A stretch of 64,000 nucleotides of DNA from Patescibacteria group bacterium (GCA_040390125.1 JAZJYZ010000001.1:6428-70427), one strand, 5' to 3'. Counted from the first letter of the stretch, positions 10,829-19,914 are shown. Numbers and translations: made by a program. Notes: a model not told the origin generated them from the letters alone.

Positions 10829-11053
10829 TTATTGACACTCCGAAGCTGATAACCAAAATACTCCTCGACCAGCAGTCGGGTGATTATGTCTGAAAAGTAT
10901 TGAAGCCCTGACTGCAGCATAACGATCTTCACGTTTGGTACGTTCTGCAGGGGTCATTTGACCGCTTGCTACTTTATGACCGAGCAAGTCCTCACCACGG
11001 CGAATCCTACCTAAAGCTTCATTGGGCGATACACCATATTCTCTCTTTTCCAT
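10829..11053 (-). CDS. Hypothetical small basic protein (74 aa)
   Basis: ORF bracketed by clean terminators on both sides. Basic and Arg-rich. No family recognised. Confidence 0.35.
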   Translation of the reverse strand: MEKREYGVSPNEALGRIRRGEDLLGHKVASGQMTPAERTKREDRYAAVRASILFRHNHPTAGRGVFWLSASECQ

Positions 11054-11087
11054 AGAAATAGATTACCTAACATAAAAAATTTTGTCA

Positions 11088-11118
11088 AAAAACACCCACT
11101 CTTTCGAGCGGGTGTTTT
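11088..11118. terminator. Hairpin terminator (AAAAAACACCCACTC-loop-GAGCGGGTGTTTT)
   Basis: Located 3' of membrane protein gene 11169..11876 on the minus strand. Confidence 0.6.
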
Positions 11119-11168
11119 AAGCTGAAAGCTAGAAGCTGTAAGCTGACAGCTTTCGCACTTTGTGCGAA

Positions 11169-11876
11169 CTAATTTTTATGCCCAACTTCGGAGCGAACTT
11201 TTTCGATGTAGCGAGCAGCTGCATCCTGACCACCGAGGCCGAATGCGAGACCTACTGCCAAAGAAACCGCAATCACGATGCCGGTGAAAAGAGTTTGCAC
11301 GAATGGAGTTGCAACCTGAAGTTGCGACAACACTGCGAGAATGGTGAATACCCAAATCGCCCACTTAGCGATGTGTCCTGCAAGAGCTGCAGAACGAACG
11401 TTCGCTGCTTTTGCTGAACCGGTAACGACGTCCTTCGCAACCTGTGCAAGCATTGCGCCGACGAGCACCATGAGGGCTGCGACGATTACCTGTGGCAAGT
11501 ATGCCAAGACAACAGTCTGAAGGAATACGCTCACTTGGGTCAATCCCAAGACTTCAAGAGCTGCCATCAAGAACACGATGATGAAGAACCACTTCACAAG
11601 GCCTCCGAAGAATGCACCTGTGTCGAGCGTGAAGCCAGCACGTTCAACGATGTCGTTGAGGCCAGTCTTCTTCAAGGTCGCATCAACTTGCAAGGTCTTC
11701 AAGATTTGCGAAATGATGCTACCCAAGGCAGCACCGACAAGCCATCCGAAAACAAGAATAATAATGGCGACGAGAACGTTCGGAACGAATGCAACGAGAC
11801 CAATCCAGAGACTCTGGAATGAGTGGGTCAATACATCCGCCCATGTTTGAATAAGCATGTAGGTAGAGTTATACAA
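11169..11876 (-). CDS. Membrane protein with two conserved TM-helix repeats (MscS-family N-terminal-like)
   Basis: Two internal repeats of a hydrophobic helix followed by a Q/T/K-rich amphipathic segment (VLVAIIILVFGWLVGAALGSIISQILKTLQV.. / VIVAALMVLVGAMLAQVAKDVV..). No channel C-domain. Confidence 0.45.
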   Translation of the reverse strand: MYNSTYMLIQTWADVLTHSFQSLWIGLVAFVPNVLVAIIILVFGWLVGAALGSIISQILKTLQVDATLKKTGLNDIVERAGFTLDTGAFFGGLVKWFFIIVFLMAALEVLGLTQVSVFLQTVVLAYLPQVIVAALMVLVGAMLAQVAKDVVTGSAKAANVRSAALAGHIAKWAIWVFTILAVLSQLQVATPFVQTLFTGIVIAVSLAVGLAFGLGGQDAAARYIEKVRSEVGHKN

Positions 11877-11956
11877 TAAATAAAATTAATAAAGGGTTAA
11901 ATTCCCTCTCAAAATGGTAGCACTGTTGTGAGGGTTCAGCGGGGGTGATGTGGATA

Positions 11957-12056
11957 GCTACAGGCTAGCTTTCAGCTTTCAGCTTCTAGCTTATAGCTTT
12001 AAAAACAAGGGTTTCTTCCCCAGCTGGAAGCTGAAACCTGACAGCTGGAAGCTAAT
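11957..12056. repeat. AGCT-based degenerate heptamer tandem repeats (AGCTNNN)n
   Basis: GCTAGCTTTCAGCTTTCAGCTTCTAGCTTATAGCTTT...CAGCTGGAAGCTGAAACCTGACAGCTGGAAGCTAATG. 7-nt periodicity anchored on AGCT. Confidence 0.9.
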
Positions 12057-12057
12057 G

Positions 12058-12624
12058 TTAGCGGCGGTCGATGATGGTGCGGTGTTTGAACTCCAAGACA
12101 TCCCGGAGCATCCGGTCACGTGCCTCAAGACGCTCTGCGTAGTCCCCTTTCTCAAGAACGGCGTACCTAAGTGGAAGTGCAGAGAGGCGTTCAACAGCAC
12201 GCACCGCTACGGCGATCTTTTGATCGTTTGGTTTTTTCGTAACTATTAAAATATCAATGAGTCCTCGCTCTTCGCCCGTAAGCACTCCTGCCACAACAAG
12301 AAGCGTGATGCCAGAAACACCACGAAATGAGCTGGTGATGAGTGCATCATTTGGTTGTGTTGTTGCTTCAAGAAACACACTCATCGGAACAGTGAAAGGG
12401 TGTGCACTATTCACACTCCAAAATATTTTTTTACCTTGCTTGCGATAATTGAGAACTCCGTATTTGCCGAGCGCACGTAGCTCACGTGCCGTAACCTCTT
12501 TCGAGACACCTGTAGTGTTTGCAACTACAATAGCCGTGGCCCGTGACTCGGGCTGACAGAGGAAGAACTTCAAAATCTTGAGCCGAGGTATTGAGGAGCA
12601 CAGTTGAACGACATCTTTAAACAT
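12058..12624 (-). CDS. Winged-HTH (ArsR-like) protein fused to a minimal nucleotidyltransferase-like domain
   Basis: N-terminus RLKILKFFL..TAIVVANTTGVSKEVTARELRALGKYGVL is typical of ArsR-like wHTH proteins. The middle region GVSGITLLVVAGVLTGEERGLIDILIV resembles the G[S/G]x(9-13)DhDh motif of Pol-beta-type nucleotidyltransferases. Confidence 0.45.
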   Translation of the reverse strand: MFKDVVQLCSSIPRLKILKFFLCQPESRATAIVVANTTGVSKEVTARELRALGKYGVLNYRKQGKKIFWSVNSAHPFTVPMSVFLEATTQPNDALITSSFRGVSGITLLVVAGVLTGEERGLIDILIVTKKPNDQKIAVAVRAVERLSALPLRYAVLEKGDYAERLEARDRMLRDVLEFKHRTIIDRR

Positions 12625-12696
12625 TCGGCTATTGTACCTGTCTCTTTATAAAAACCCAAAAGTGGCAAAAACAACGAAAAACCCTGTATAGGATAA

Positions 12697-12742
12697 TATG
12701 ACGGTCGTCATATTATCCTATACAGGGTAAAAAGACAGAGAT
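12697..12742. promoter_or_regulatory. Perfect 21-bp-arm palindrome (candidate operator or bidirectional terminator)
   Basis: CCCTGTATAGGATAATATGACG/GTCGTCATATTATCCTATACAGGG, flanked by A-runs. Lies ~75 nt upstream of the wHTH gene start. Confidence 0.4.
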
Positions 12743-12798
12743 GAAAGAACGTACGAGAGTTAGTGATATAGGTCTGCGAAAACCATTCCTGCACTCAA

Positions 12799-12827
12799 GA
12801 AAAAACGCCCTGACGGGCGTTTTTTAT
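12799..12827. terminator. Hairpin terminator (AAAAAACGCCCTGACGGGCGTTTTTT)
   Basis: Clean intrinsic terminator at the distal end of the rplL 3' region. Confidence 0.65.
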
Positions 12828-12831
12828 TTTT

Positions 12832-13123
12832 ACTCTTTTCACCTTTGGTCCGCATGTTCTCATGACGGACACGGCTGGAAAAGTTGAGTACTCGCACTCC
12901 TACCAAACGAAACGAGGAAAATAAGCTTCAAACTTATTTTCGAGCAAGTGCAGGGAGCAAGCGTTTCGCTTACGCGAGTTCAACTCCTTATTCACCTTTG
13001 GTCGATGTGCTCTCACATCGACACAGCCGGAAAGGCGAAGTTTTCCACCTTTGGCCCGCATGTTCTCATGACGGACACGGCTGGAAAAGTTGAGTACTCG
13101 CACTATGCGAGTTCAACTTTTCC
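12832..13123. repeat. Structured repeat region forming the rplL 3' UTR; two 59-nt near-identical direct repeats plus a degenerate third copy
   Basis: 12840..12898 and 13038..13100 differ by 1 nt (CACCTTTGG[T/C]CCGCATGTTCTCATGACGGACACGGCTGGAAAAGTTGAGTACTCGCACT). A partial copy lies at 12988..13036. An 18-bp hairpin (GGAAAAGTTGAGTACTCGCA / TGCGAGTTCAACTTTTCC) spans the rplL stop codon. Confidence 0.55.
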
Positions 13124-13468
13124 ACCTGCCTCCTCAACTTTCTTTTTGAGAGCTTCGGCGTCTTCCTTCTTTACTCCTTCCTTCAAGACTGAAGGAGCGG
13201 CATCAATGAGATCCTTTGCTTCTTTGAGTCCGAGAGCAAGAGCTTCCTTAACTACTTTGATGACGGCAATCTTAGTTGCACCAGCATCTGTAAGTTTAAC
13301 CGTAAAGACTGACTTCTCTTCAGCGGCTTCACCACCGCCTGCCGCAGGGCCTGCTGCTGCAACTGCGGTTGCAGAAACACCCCACTTCTCTTCTATTGCC
13401 TTGACTAGTGTATTCAATTCAAGGACGGTCATTTTTTCTACTGCTTCAATAACTTGTTCTTGTGTCAT
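13103..13468 (-). CDS. rplL: 50S ribosomal protein L7/L12
   Basis: N-terminal dimerisation helix, Ala/Gly/Glu-rich hinge ([15 protein letters not shown]), C-terminal domain [22 protein letters not shown]. Confidence 0.92.
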   Translation of the reverse strand: MTQEQVIEAVEKMTVLELNTLVKAIEEKWGVSATAVAAAGPAAGGGEAAEEKSVFTVKLTDAGATKIAVIKVVKEALALGLKEAKDLIDAAPSVLKEGVKKEDAEALKKKVEEAGGKVELA

Positions 13469-13483
13469 AAATTAATTTATTAG

Positions 13484-13563
13484 GTTTCAGCTGCCAGCTG
13501 TCGGCTTTCAGCTTAAGCTTCTGAATTAAAAGCTAAAAGCTGGCACCTGGAAGCTGGAAGCTT
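13484..13563. repeat. AGCT-based heptamer tandem repeats between rplL start and rplJ end
   Basis: GGTTTCAGCTGCCAGCTGTCGGCTTTCAGCTTAAGCTTCTGAATTAAAAGCTAAAAGCTGGCACCTGGAAGCTGGAAGCTTT. Confidence 0.9.
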
Positions 13564-13565
13564 TA

Positions 13566-14075
13566 CTAGACTTTGGTTTTTCCTACTTCAGCGAGTGCTA
13601 TCGCAAAGCGCTGAATAGGTGAATTAATAACGTTCACAAACATGCCTCGCAATACCGAAACTGGAGGAATGGTAGCAACAGCAACAATTTCTGTTCCTGA
13701 GAGATACTTCCCTTCCAAGGCACCCCCGAGGAATACAAGCTTGCCCTTCAATTTCTTGACGAATGCTTGCAAACTTCTCGCTGGTGCTGTGATGTCGGAC
13801 TCCACACCGTCTACTTCAGAGAGGTAGGCAAAGGCGACTTCACCAGTTAATTCTGGCATCTCGCCAGTAAAGCCTTTTTCTGTGAGTGCCTTCTTCAACA
13901 GCGTTTTCTTCACGACAGTGTATTTCACACCTTCTTGCTTCAACGCATTTCGAAGTTCATTCACTTCATGCACTGTGACTCCCTTGAAAGAAACAAATAC
14001 GATAGACACTGCTTTCACAAGTGCATCGGCAGTCCCCTTCAAAAGTGATTCTTTTTTTGCTCGAGTAATGGCCAC
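13566..14075 (-). CDS. rplJ: 50S ribosomal protein L10
   Basis: 169 aa. Overall similarity to L10/P0 family. Immediately upstream of rplL. Confidence 0.88.
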   Translation of the reverse strand: MAITRAKKESLLKGTADALVKAVSIVFVSFKGVTVHEVNELRNALKQEGVKYTVVKKTLLKKALTEKGFTGEMPELTGEVAFAYLSEVDGVESDITAPARSLQAFVKKLKGKLVFLGGALEGKYLSGTEIVAVATIPPVSVLRGMFVNVINSPIQRFAIALAEVGKTKV

Positions 14076-14300
14076 GTTAGATTTTGTTACGAACGAAGTG
14101 AGTTAAAAAATCTTACGCCCTGTTAAATCCCTGGGACAGGGACACTTCGGAGACGAAGTGTATTTAACAGGGTTAATAAAATCTAATCGCTTCGCTCAAG
14201 ATTTTCTAAACACGCTTTCTATAGGAGTTTCGAGGCGGATCGACCGCACCCTCGACTTCGGTAGGTGGCTTTCGCCATTGACCCTTTCGGGACCCACTGT
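14076..14300 (-). promoter_or_regulatory. Putative L10 (rplJL) leader with long inverted repeat
   Basis: ~225-nt untranslated region upstream of rplJ. It contains the inverted repeat CCCTGTTAAATCCCTGGGACAGGGACACTTCGGAGACGAAGTGTATTTAACAGGG. L10-L12 autoregulatory leaders are common at this position, but no consensus match was checked. Confidence 0.3.
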
Positions 14301-14498
14301 CTCCAGTCGTGCTGTTCAATAGAGTATCACAGGCGTACCTGCACCTGCAACTCTCCTACCCCAAGTCCTCATTAGGTAATGATTACTGGACTACAGCTCC
14401 AAACACAATCAGAAAAATGAAACTCAAAAGAATAATGCCTGAAAAAGCAAGGAGGAATTTGAAAAAACTCGGAGTGAAAAAATTTTTCATACGCTCAC

Positions 14499-15377
14499 TT
14501 ATTGAGGAAGGTGATCTATCTCGTCTTGAATCGTCTTTACACGATTTGTGTCACCTGCGGCCTTCGCAAGATCCCTACCCTTTTCGAGGTAACTTCGTGC
14601 CTTAGCGACATCTTGTTGATCACGATAGTAGAGACCGAGCAACACAAACGGATCCGGATTAGTAGGGAACTTCTTTGATGCAGTAATGAGGATGTCGGCA
14701 GCGGCACTGGTATTGGCTTTATACGGCTCCCGGTAGAGTTCGAAGAGTTCAATGTACGGAGTTATAGAAGTTGAGTCGATTTGTATAGACTTCTTAAAAT
14801 ATTCTTCCGACTTGGCAAAATCCTTTATGTCGAATTTGTAGAGCTTTCCAAGGTTATCGTACACAACGGCGGATTCAGGAGCCGAAATGACTTGAACCAA
14901 AAAGAGCCAAATGTCTCGTGCCCCTTCAAAATCATTCGCACTATGGTAAATGACTCCCATATCGAGCCAATCATCAGCACGACTCAAATCCGTCTTGAGG
15001 CGTCCCGTTACCTCTGCATATTGCCGATTAAGAATAGTCTGCACATCTACGGGTATTGATGCATTGAAATGAATTCCCCTATCGAGAGATGGTGCGATGT
15101 CCTTCAGAGATACAGAAGGTTCAATTTCTATGGTGTACCCAGGCTTTTTGACAGCCGTACTTGGAGTGGTGGATGTTGTTGAGTCTAGAGGTGCGGTGAG
15201 TGATGAGTTGAGGCTTTCCGATGGCGATGTACGCATAGCAAAATATGCAATGCCTCCAAGCACAGCAAGTGTAAGCACGGTGCCAAGAATAAAGAGAGTA
15301 AGGTTTGATTTCATCTTGTTAGAAAGTGTTTTGGATTCTTCAGTCATATGATTAGTGTAGAAGTGTAATGTATCCAT
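14499..15377 (-). CDS. TPR-repeat protein with N-terminal membrane anchor
   Basis: Single N-terminal TM helix, Ser/Thr-rich linker, then several 34-aa TPR-like repeats (W..LG..Y.....A...F.KA). Confidence 0.6.
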   Translation of the reverse strand: MDTLHFYTNHMTEESKTLSNKMKSNLTLFILGTVLTLAVLGGIAYFAMRTSPSESLNSSLTAPLDSTTSTTPSTAVKKPGYTIEIEPSVSLKDIAPSLDRGIHFNASIPVDVQTILNRQYAEVTGRLKTDLSRADDWLDMGVIYHSANDFEGARDIWLFLVQVISAPESAVVYDNLGKLYKFDIKDFAKSEEYFKKSIQIDSTSITPYIELFELYREPYKANTSAAADILITASKKFPTNPDPFVLLGLYYRDQQDVAKARSYLEKGRDLAKAAGDTNRVKTIQDEIDHLPQ

Positions 15378-15416
15378 TCATTCTAAACTAGTAATCTAGA
15401 AAGCCAAAACCAGATA

Positions 15417-15450
15417 CGCAAAAACCCCCGCCGTAAGGCGGGGGTTTTTG
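15417..15450. terminator. Hairpin terminator (AAAAACCCCCGCC-GUAA-GGCGGGGGTTTTT)
   Basis: Perfect GC-rich stem. The identical stem with a different loop occurs at 60678..60708. Confidence 0.65.
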
Positions 15451-15493
15451 TTGCTAACCAGAATTTGTTAGCTAGACCAGGCTCCTGATGAGA

Positions 15494-18400
15494 CTAGTTA
15501 GAGCGGGTGTTTGTAAGCCCGTTCTGTGGAAGGCCTGAAACTCCGTAACCTCCTGTCCAGTCAGCGTCAGCGCGAACTGCGGTTGTTGTGGAATTTGGAG
15601 ACCAGATGAAGTCGTTGCCGAACGTTGCACTCGTAGATGTTGCGAGTGGGTTCGTTGCAGCATTCGACATAGAACCTTGGCCGTTTACGAAGGATGAAGC
15701 GCCCTGCAAGGTCGTCGTGATAGACGAACCTGAGACTACTCCTGAGACCGAGCCACGAACCGCAAAGTATACGGTTTGACCTGCTGGGATCTGGAGCGTT
15801 GTAGATGCTGTTCCGTTGTAAGCAGTGAACTCATAGTTCGATGACGAACTGACCCAGTTTGTACCGACACCATTCGTTGTCGAGAACATACCGCCTGACT
15901 GCAATCCAGATACTCCTGATGAGTAACCAGAATCAGAGTAAGCGTATACGTTTACGTTCGAAAGGGTGACAGAGGTCGTTGCGAAGAGGAAGTTCAACTC
16001 CGTAAGACCAACTGGACCTGCTGCATCAGCAGTTACCTTAAAGCGCATCAATTCACCATCGGCAAGGCCGGTTGAGCTGAGTGATGTGTCCTTAGCAACT
16101 GTTGGGAAGGACTTGAAGACACGGACACCCGAAACGGCTGTTGAGCCAGATGGGTAGACAGTGGTACCTGAAGAGGCACCAGTTGCTTCCGCATTCAAGA
16201 AGTCAACTTTCACGAGGTGACCAGAGAACGTAACTGCTTGGCTGGTGCCAACGTTTGCGAAATCAGCCTTGAGCGTGAGAAGTTTGTCGACATCGCGAGC
16301 GAGAACCAATGGTGTAGTCAATGTCGATGTAGCGACAGTTCCTGAACCAGTGAAGTACGCCTCGCCGACTTTCGTCGCACCATCGAAGATAGAGACTTTC
16401 ACAAAGTCGGAAGCTGTCGTCGAACCAGATGTGTTCGAAGTGAGCTGGAGTCCGAGTCTGATCAAGTTCAAGTCTTCATTGGTTGCACGGAGCTTGAATT
16501 CGCCTACTGTCACGCCAGTTGAACCAGCGGAAGCAAACTTGTATCCAGGGCTTCCAGCACCAATTGCAACCGTAGCAGAACCTGAACCTACAGTCATGGT
16601 GACAGTAGAGTCAGATGCATCTGTTGGGCTGCTGATAGTTGTACCGGATGTAGCGCCCGTGAAGCTGTATGCAGAAGCTGCACCAGCATCCCATGCGAAC
16701 GTACCATTGTTCGTTGCCGAACCTGAGACGTTACAACGGATACCGATAGTCTTAACTGTACCCTTCGTGACCGTAACAGGATTGTCCAGAGTGAACGTTT
16801 GAGTTGCACCCGTAGAACCTGATGGATTTACAACATTCGAACCAGTCGAAAGCTGTGTTGTACCGTCGTACGCTGCACATGATGTGAGGTCAGTGACCGC
16901 ACCTGTTGCAAACGTAAGAGTAGAAGGAATTGAAGAGAAGCGGATGTCTTCACCAGATTGCGTTGCATCGTACTGGAAGTTCACGAAGAGAACTTGTGAG
17001 CCACCAGGAGTGATTGCTTGCGAAGCTGGGGAATTTGCACGTCCGACAGCCACAGTACCTGCCTTCACGGTCATGGTGTTCATAGTGAACGAACCATTTG
17101 ATGAAAGAGAGATTGTGTTGCCAGTTGTTTCACCGCGAACTGTGGTCCATCCAGATGAAGGAACAGTAGTGACGATGTACGTACCTCCGTTTCCAATCGA
17201 GGAAGAAACCTTACCACGGATGGTGTAAACATGGCGACCAGTCTTGTAGGTGATTGAGTCAGTGAATGTAGCAGTCTGCGTTGTAGCAGATGCGTATACA
17301 CCGTCAACAGGACCTGCAACTACTGAACCGTTCTCATCAACAATCGTAAGATTGGTGAGGAGGCCAGTGCCTGAACCTGTGGTTGAAGCGATAGTGAAGA
17401 CAGATGACTGTACCGTTACAGACTCACCCTTCATATCAACTACGTAACCGCCGAGAGGCTGATTAGAGAGGTTGATTGCGATGTTCTGTGCAGGAACTTC
17501 GTTTGCCTTACCGATCGAAGTGACCGATGCGCCCGAAACAGTAATCTGTGCTGCGTAGATGTACGGAGTACCAGTAGTCTCAGTAGTGAGGCCGGTAGTC
17601 GTACGAGCAGCTGGAACTGCAGAACCGCCAGATGTCGTTGGTGAGATACCGTAGCCGTACGTCTCGCCTGTACCGAAGATATCCGTCGTCTTGTCAACGT
17701 CGAAGATTACGGTTCGGCCAGATGAGTTCGAGCCAAGGATATCAGCTTTGAGGTATACCTCAACCTGGTTGCCTTTTCCGACAACGATGCCACTGCCGAG
17801 GTTCGCTGTGTAGTAGCGACCATCAGAAGAAAGCACTGTTGGGTAGTCGGTGCCTGCAACATTGACCATCACGTTTGCGAGGTCAGATGCTGAGACAGAG
17901 CCAGCCTGGTTGAAAGTGATTGAACGAAGGCGAACATCTTCAGCAGATCCTGCCGTAAGGCGGAAGCCAGTGAACTTGTGCGCTGTCGTACCAATTTCCT
18001 TTGTTGAGTTCGAGTTCGAAGCGAATGCGTTCGAAGTATCGAGCGAGATAGTACCGACAGTCAAAGTTGAGTTGTTGGTGTTATGAGCACCGACGATAGG
18101 AAGTGAACCTGAAACAGTTGCTGAGGTGTTAACCGCAACAAGAGCAATTCCAGGAGCTTCACCAACGTACGAAGAAAGCGACGTATTCATGTTTCCTGCG
18201 AGCAAGAAAGTTTTAGTCGTTCCACGAGGAATGGTGAAAGTACCGCCGACAGTTGTCTGATGGTTTGAATTGAAGGTCTTTGCAATGCCGAGCTGTGCGC
18301 CGGTTGATTCGTCAACGAGGACGATACCTGCGAATGCTGCATCCTGTCCAAGACCATCTTTCTGTACCGTTACGCCGTTTACAACTACATCGCCGTCATT

Positions 18401-19066
18401 GCCGGCAGTGAGTGTAAAGCGAGTGAACGGAACGCGCGTCGCACCCTGAGGTGAGAGCGAATTCATAGGCTGTGAACCTGCAACAACCATAAGGCCTGTG
18501 CCAGTGGAAGGAGGTGTCACAACGACTGGACCACCTGAAGCACAAAGCTCATTTGCCTTTGCTCTCGAAGAAGCGCCAAAGAAAGCTGTTCCCTTGGTGA
18601 GTCCGAGCGGAGTGAGGATCTGAGCTGCGTACTTAAGCTGGAACTTCGTGACGGCTGCGCCTGTCGCAGGACCGAAGAACGAAGTTTCGTTTCCAGGAGA
18701 ACCTGAGCCTGTTACTGCGACTTGAGTCGAAGTATCAGAGTTCAAGAACTTCTGGAGTGCCAACACGTCAGCGCCAGTGGCACCAGTCGTGAGGCTTCGA
18801 GTCCAGGTAAACGGACAGACAGCTGCACTTGAAGTGCCGCCGCCAACCGGTGCTGTTCCGTGCAATGAAGCACTTACATTTGCGATCGTTGCTGAATCAG
18901 CACCGAACGACTGCAAGAGCGAGATGATGGACGAGATTTGATCATTCGTAAGCGTTGCAGCCTCTGCCTTAGACGCTGTGAATGTGAATGCAAATCCAGC
19001 CACCAACGAAACTGCAACGACGATCGCTGCGATTTTCGTGAGAGAACTGTTTACAATTGAAGTCAT
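15494..19066 (-). CDS. Giant (1190 aa) Thr/Ser/Gly-rich cell-surface protein with N-terminal signal/anchor and a peptidoglycan-binding-like domain
   Basis: Signal/TM segment IAAIVVAVSLVAGFAFTFTASKAEA. Residues ~90-170 (GADVLALQKFLN..FGPATGAAVTKFQLKYAA) resemble the PG_binding_1 fold. The remainder is low-complexity beta-rich (Ig-like) repeats, which generate many spurious antisense ORFs. Confidence 0.7.
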   Translation of the reverse strand: MTSIVNSSLTKIAAIVVAVSLVAGFAFTFTASKAEAATLTNDQISSIISLLQSFGADSATIANVSASLHGTAPVGGGTSSAAVCPFTWTRSLTTGATGADVLALQKFLNSDTSTQVAVTGSGSPGNETSFFGPATGAAVTKFQLKYAAQILTPLGLTKGTAFFGASSRAKANELCASGGPVVVTPPSTGTGLMVVAGSQPMNSLSPQGATRVPFTRFTLTAGNDGDVVVNGVTVQKDGLGQDAAFAGIVLVDESTGAQLGIAKTFNSNHQTTVGGTFTIPRGTTKTFLLAGNMNTSLSSYVGEAPGIALVAVNTSATVSGSLPIVGAHNTNNSTLTVGTISLDTSNAFASNSNSTKEIGTTAHKFTGFRLTAGSAEDVRLRSITFNQAGSVSASDLANVMVNVAGTDYPTVLSSDGRYYTANLGSGIVVGKGNQVEVYLKADILGSNSSGRTVIFDVDKTTDIFGTGETYGYGISPTTSGGSAVPAARTTTGLTTETTGTPYIYAAQITVSGASVTSIGKANEVPAQNIAINLSNQPLGGYVVDMKGESVTVQSSVFTIASTTGSGTGLLTNLTIVDENGSVVAGPVDGVYASATTQTATFTDSITYKTGRHVYTIRGKVSSSIGNGGTYIVTTVPSSGWTTVRGETTGNTISLSSNGSFTMNTMTVKAGTVAVGRANSPASQAITPGGSQVLFVNFQYDATQSGEDIRFSSIPSTLTFATGAVTDLTSCAAYDGTTQLSTGSNVVNPSGSTGATQTFTLDNPVTVTKGTVKTIGIRCNVSGSATNNGTFAWDAGAASAYSFTGATSGTTISSPTDASDSTVTMTVGSGSATVAIGAGSPGYKFASAGSTGVTVGEFKLRATNEDLNLIRLGLQLTSNTSGSTTASDFVKVSIFDGATKVGEAYFTGSGTVATSTLTTPLVLARDVDKLLTLKADFANVGTSQAVTFSGHLVKVDFLNAEATGASSGTTVYPSGSTAVSGVRVFKSFPTVAKDTSLSSTGLADGELMRFKVTADAAGPVGLTELNFLFATTSVTLSNVNVYAYSDSGYSSGVSGLQSGGMFSTTNGVGTNWVSSSSNYEFTAYNGTASTTLQIPAGQTVYFAVRGSVSGVVSGSSITTTLQGASSFVNGQGSMSNAATNPLATSTSATFGNDFIWSPNSTTTAVRADADWTGGYGVSGLPQNGLTNTRSN

Positions 19067-19802
19067 AGATACAAGAATGATTTTCTAATTTTTGACACCA
19101 CACTGTTTTACGTTTGAATTAAATAAACACGTAAATCAATGGGTGGGTGCGTGGACGATAGATTATTCGTTCGACCGAATAATCCACGACCCGCCGCATA
19201 CCTGTTAATAAGCAGACTCGGGAGTCGTCCTTTCTGTCATCGATTGCTTGTCAAAAGAAATAAAATTTCTTTTGACTTCGCTCGCTCGACAGTAAGCACA
19301 ACTAACTAACTTTCTGTCTTGTGCACCTCTCTAGAAAAATTTTCTAGATTTGGTTCAGAAGACAGCACAACTAACTTCCATCAACCCGTAACATCAATCG
19401 ATGTGTCCGGGAACAATGGCAAAAAAAGAATGGGGTGCAGGAGTACAGACGTGGTGGGAAGGTGCTTCCTTACAGGATGTGCACATGCTTCATCTTAATG
19501 AAGAAGCCAAGGCGCACGCTTGAGCATCTCTGCTTTGCGTTCCGGGATATTAAAGATGTCAAAGTTCTGGTTGGTCTGAAATCGGCTTCGTGCCACAACA
19601 ACACGCAACCGAACACCCAGTGCGGGAGTTCACCTATTATACGTCTCCACTCCGCTCTCTAATTAGAACAGAGGGTTCGTACATGTGGACAACATGAGAT
19701 TAGCAAAAAGCCCGTTTCCGGGTCTTCTACTATCTATGGGGTTACTCCGTCCACACCGGGCAATACTATATGAAATAAGGCTGAGAAGCAAGCGAAACAT
19801 CT

Positions 19803-19914
19803 AAAGCTTCCAGCTGTCAGGTTCCAGCTTTCAGCTTTTGGCGAGAAAGTGCTTCCGAGATGCACCCCCTCCTCCCTGTAAGCTAGAAGCTAGAAGCTAG
19901 AAGCTAGAAGCTTT
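19803..19914. repeat. AGCT-heptamer repeats including perfect (AGCTAGA)x4
   Basis: AGCTTCCAGCTGTCAGGTTCCAGCTTTCAGCTTTT ... GTAAGCTAGAAGCTAGAAGCTAGAAGCTAGAAGCTTTC. Confidence 0.9.

Noticed and set aside
10370-10830. tRNA genes or 16S fragment upstream of the 23S 5' end
   Set aside because: No cloverleaf-compatible segment (no GTTCGAATC-type T-loop with matching acceptor) and no 16S conserved blocks. The region holds two terminator hairpins and repeat elements.
12832-13110. Possible CRISPR array (direct repeats of ~59 nt)
   Set aside because: Only two near-identical copies plus one degenerate copy. The spacing is irregular and the repeats include part of the rplL coding end. No cas genes anywhere in the window. 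Interpreted as a structured 3' UTR / duplication instead.
15494-19066. Numerous plus-strand ORFs (60-185 aa) overlapping the giant minus-strand gene
   Set aside because: They are antisense to a long, compositionally biased (Thr/Ser/Gly-rich) ORF and are low-complexity themselves. They are typical shadow ORFs and not independent genes.
19100-19900. RNase P RNA or tmRNA in the 850-bp ORF-free region
   Set aside because: Looked for GGAAAGUCCGGGCUCC, AGGGUGAAANGGUGCGGUAAGAGCGCACC and ACAGAANCCGGCUUA (RNase P). Also looked for GGGG...UUCGA 5' and T-arm...CCA 3' ends (tmRNA) on both strands. Only weak partial resemblances (GGAAACGGGCUU) were found. Kept as an unassigned candidate rather than a feature call.
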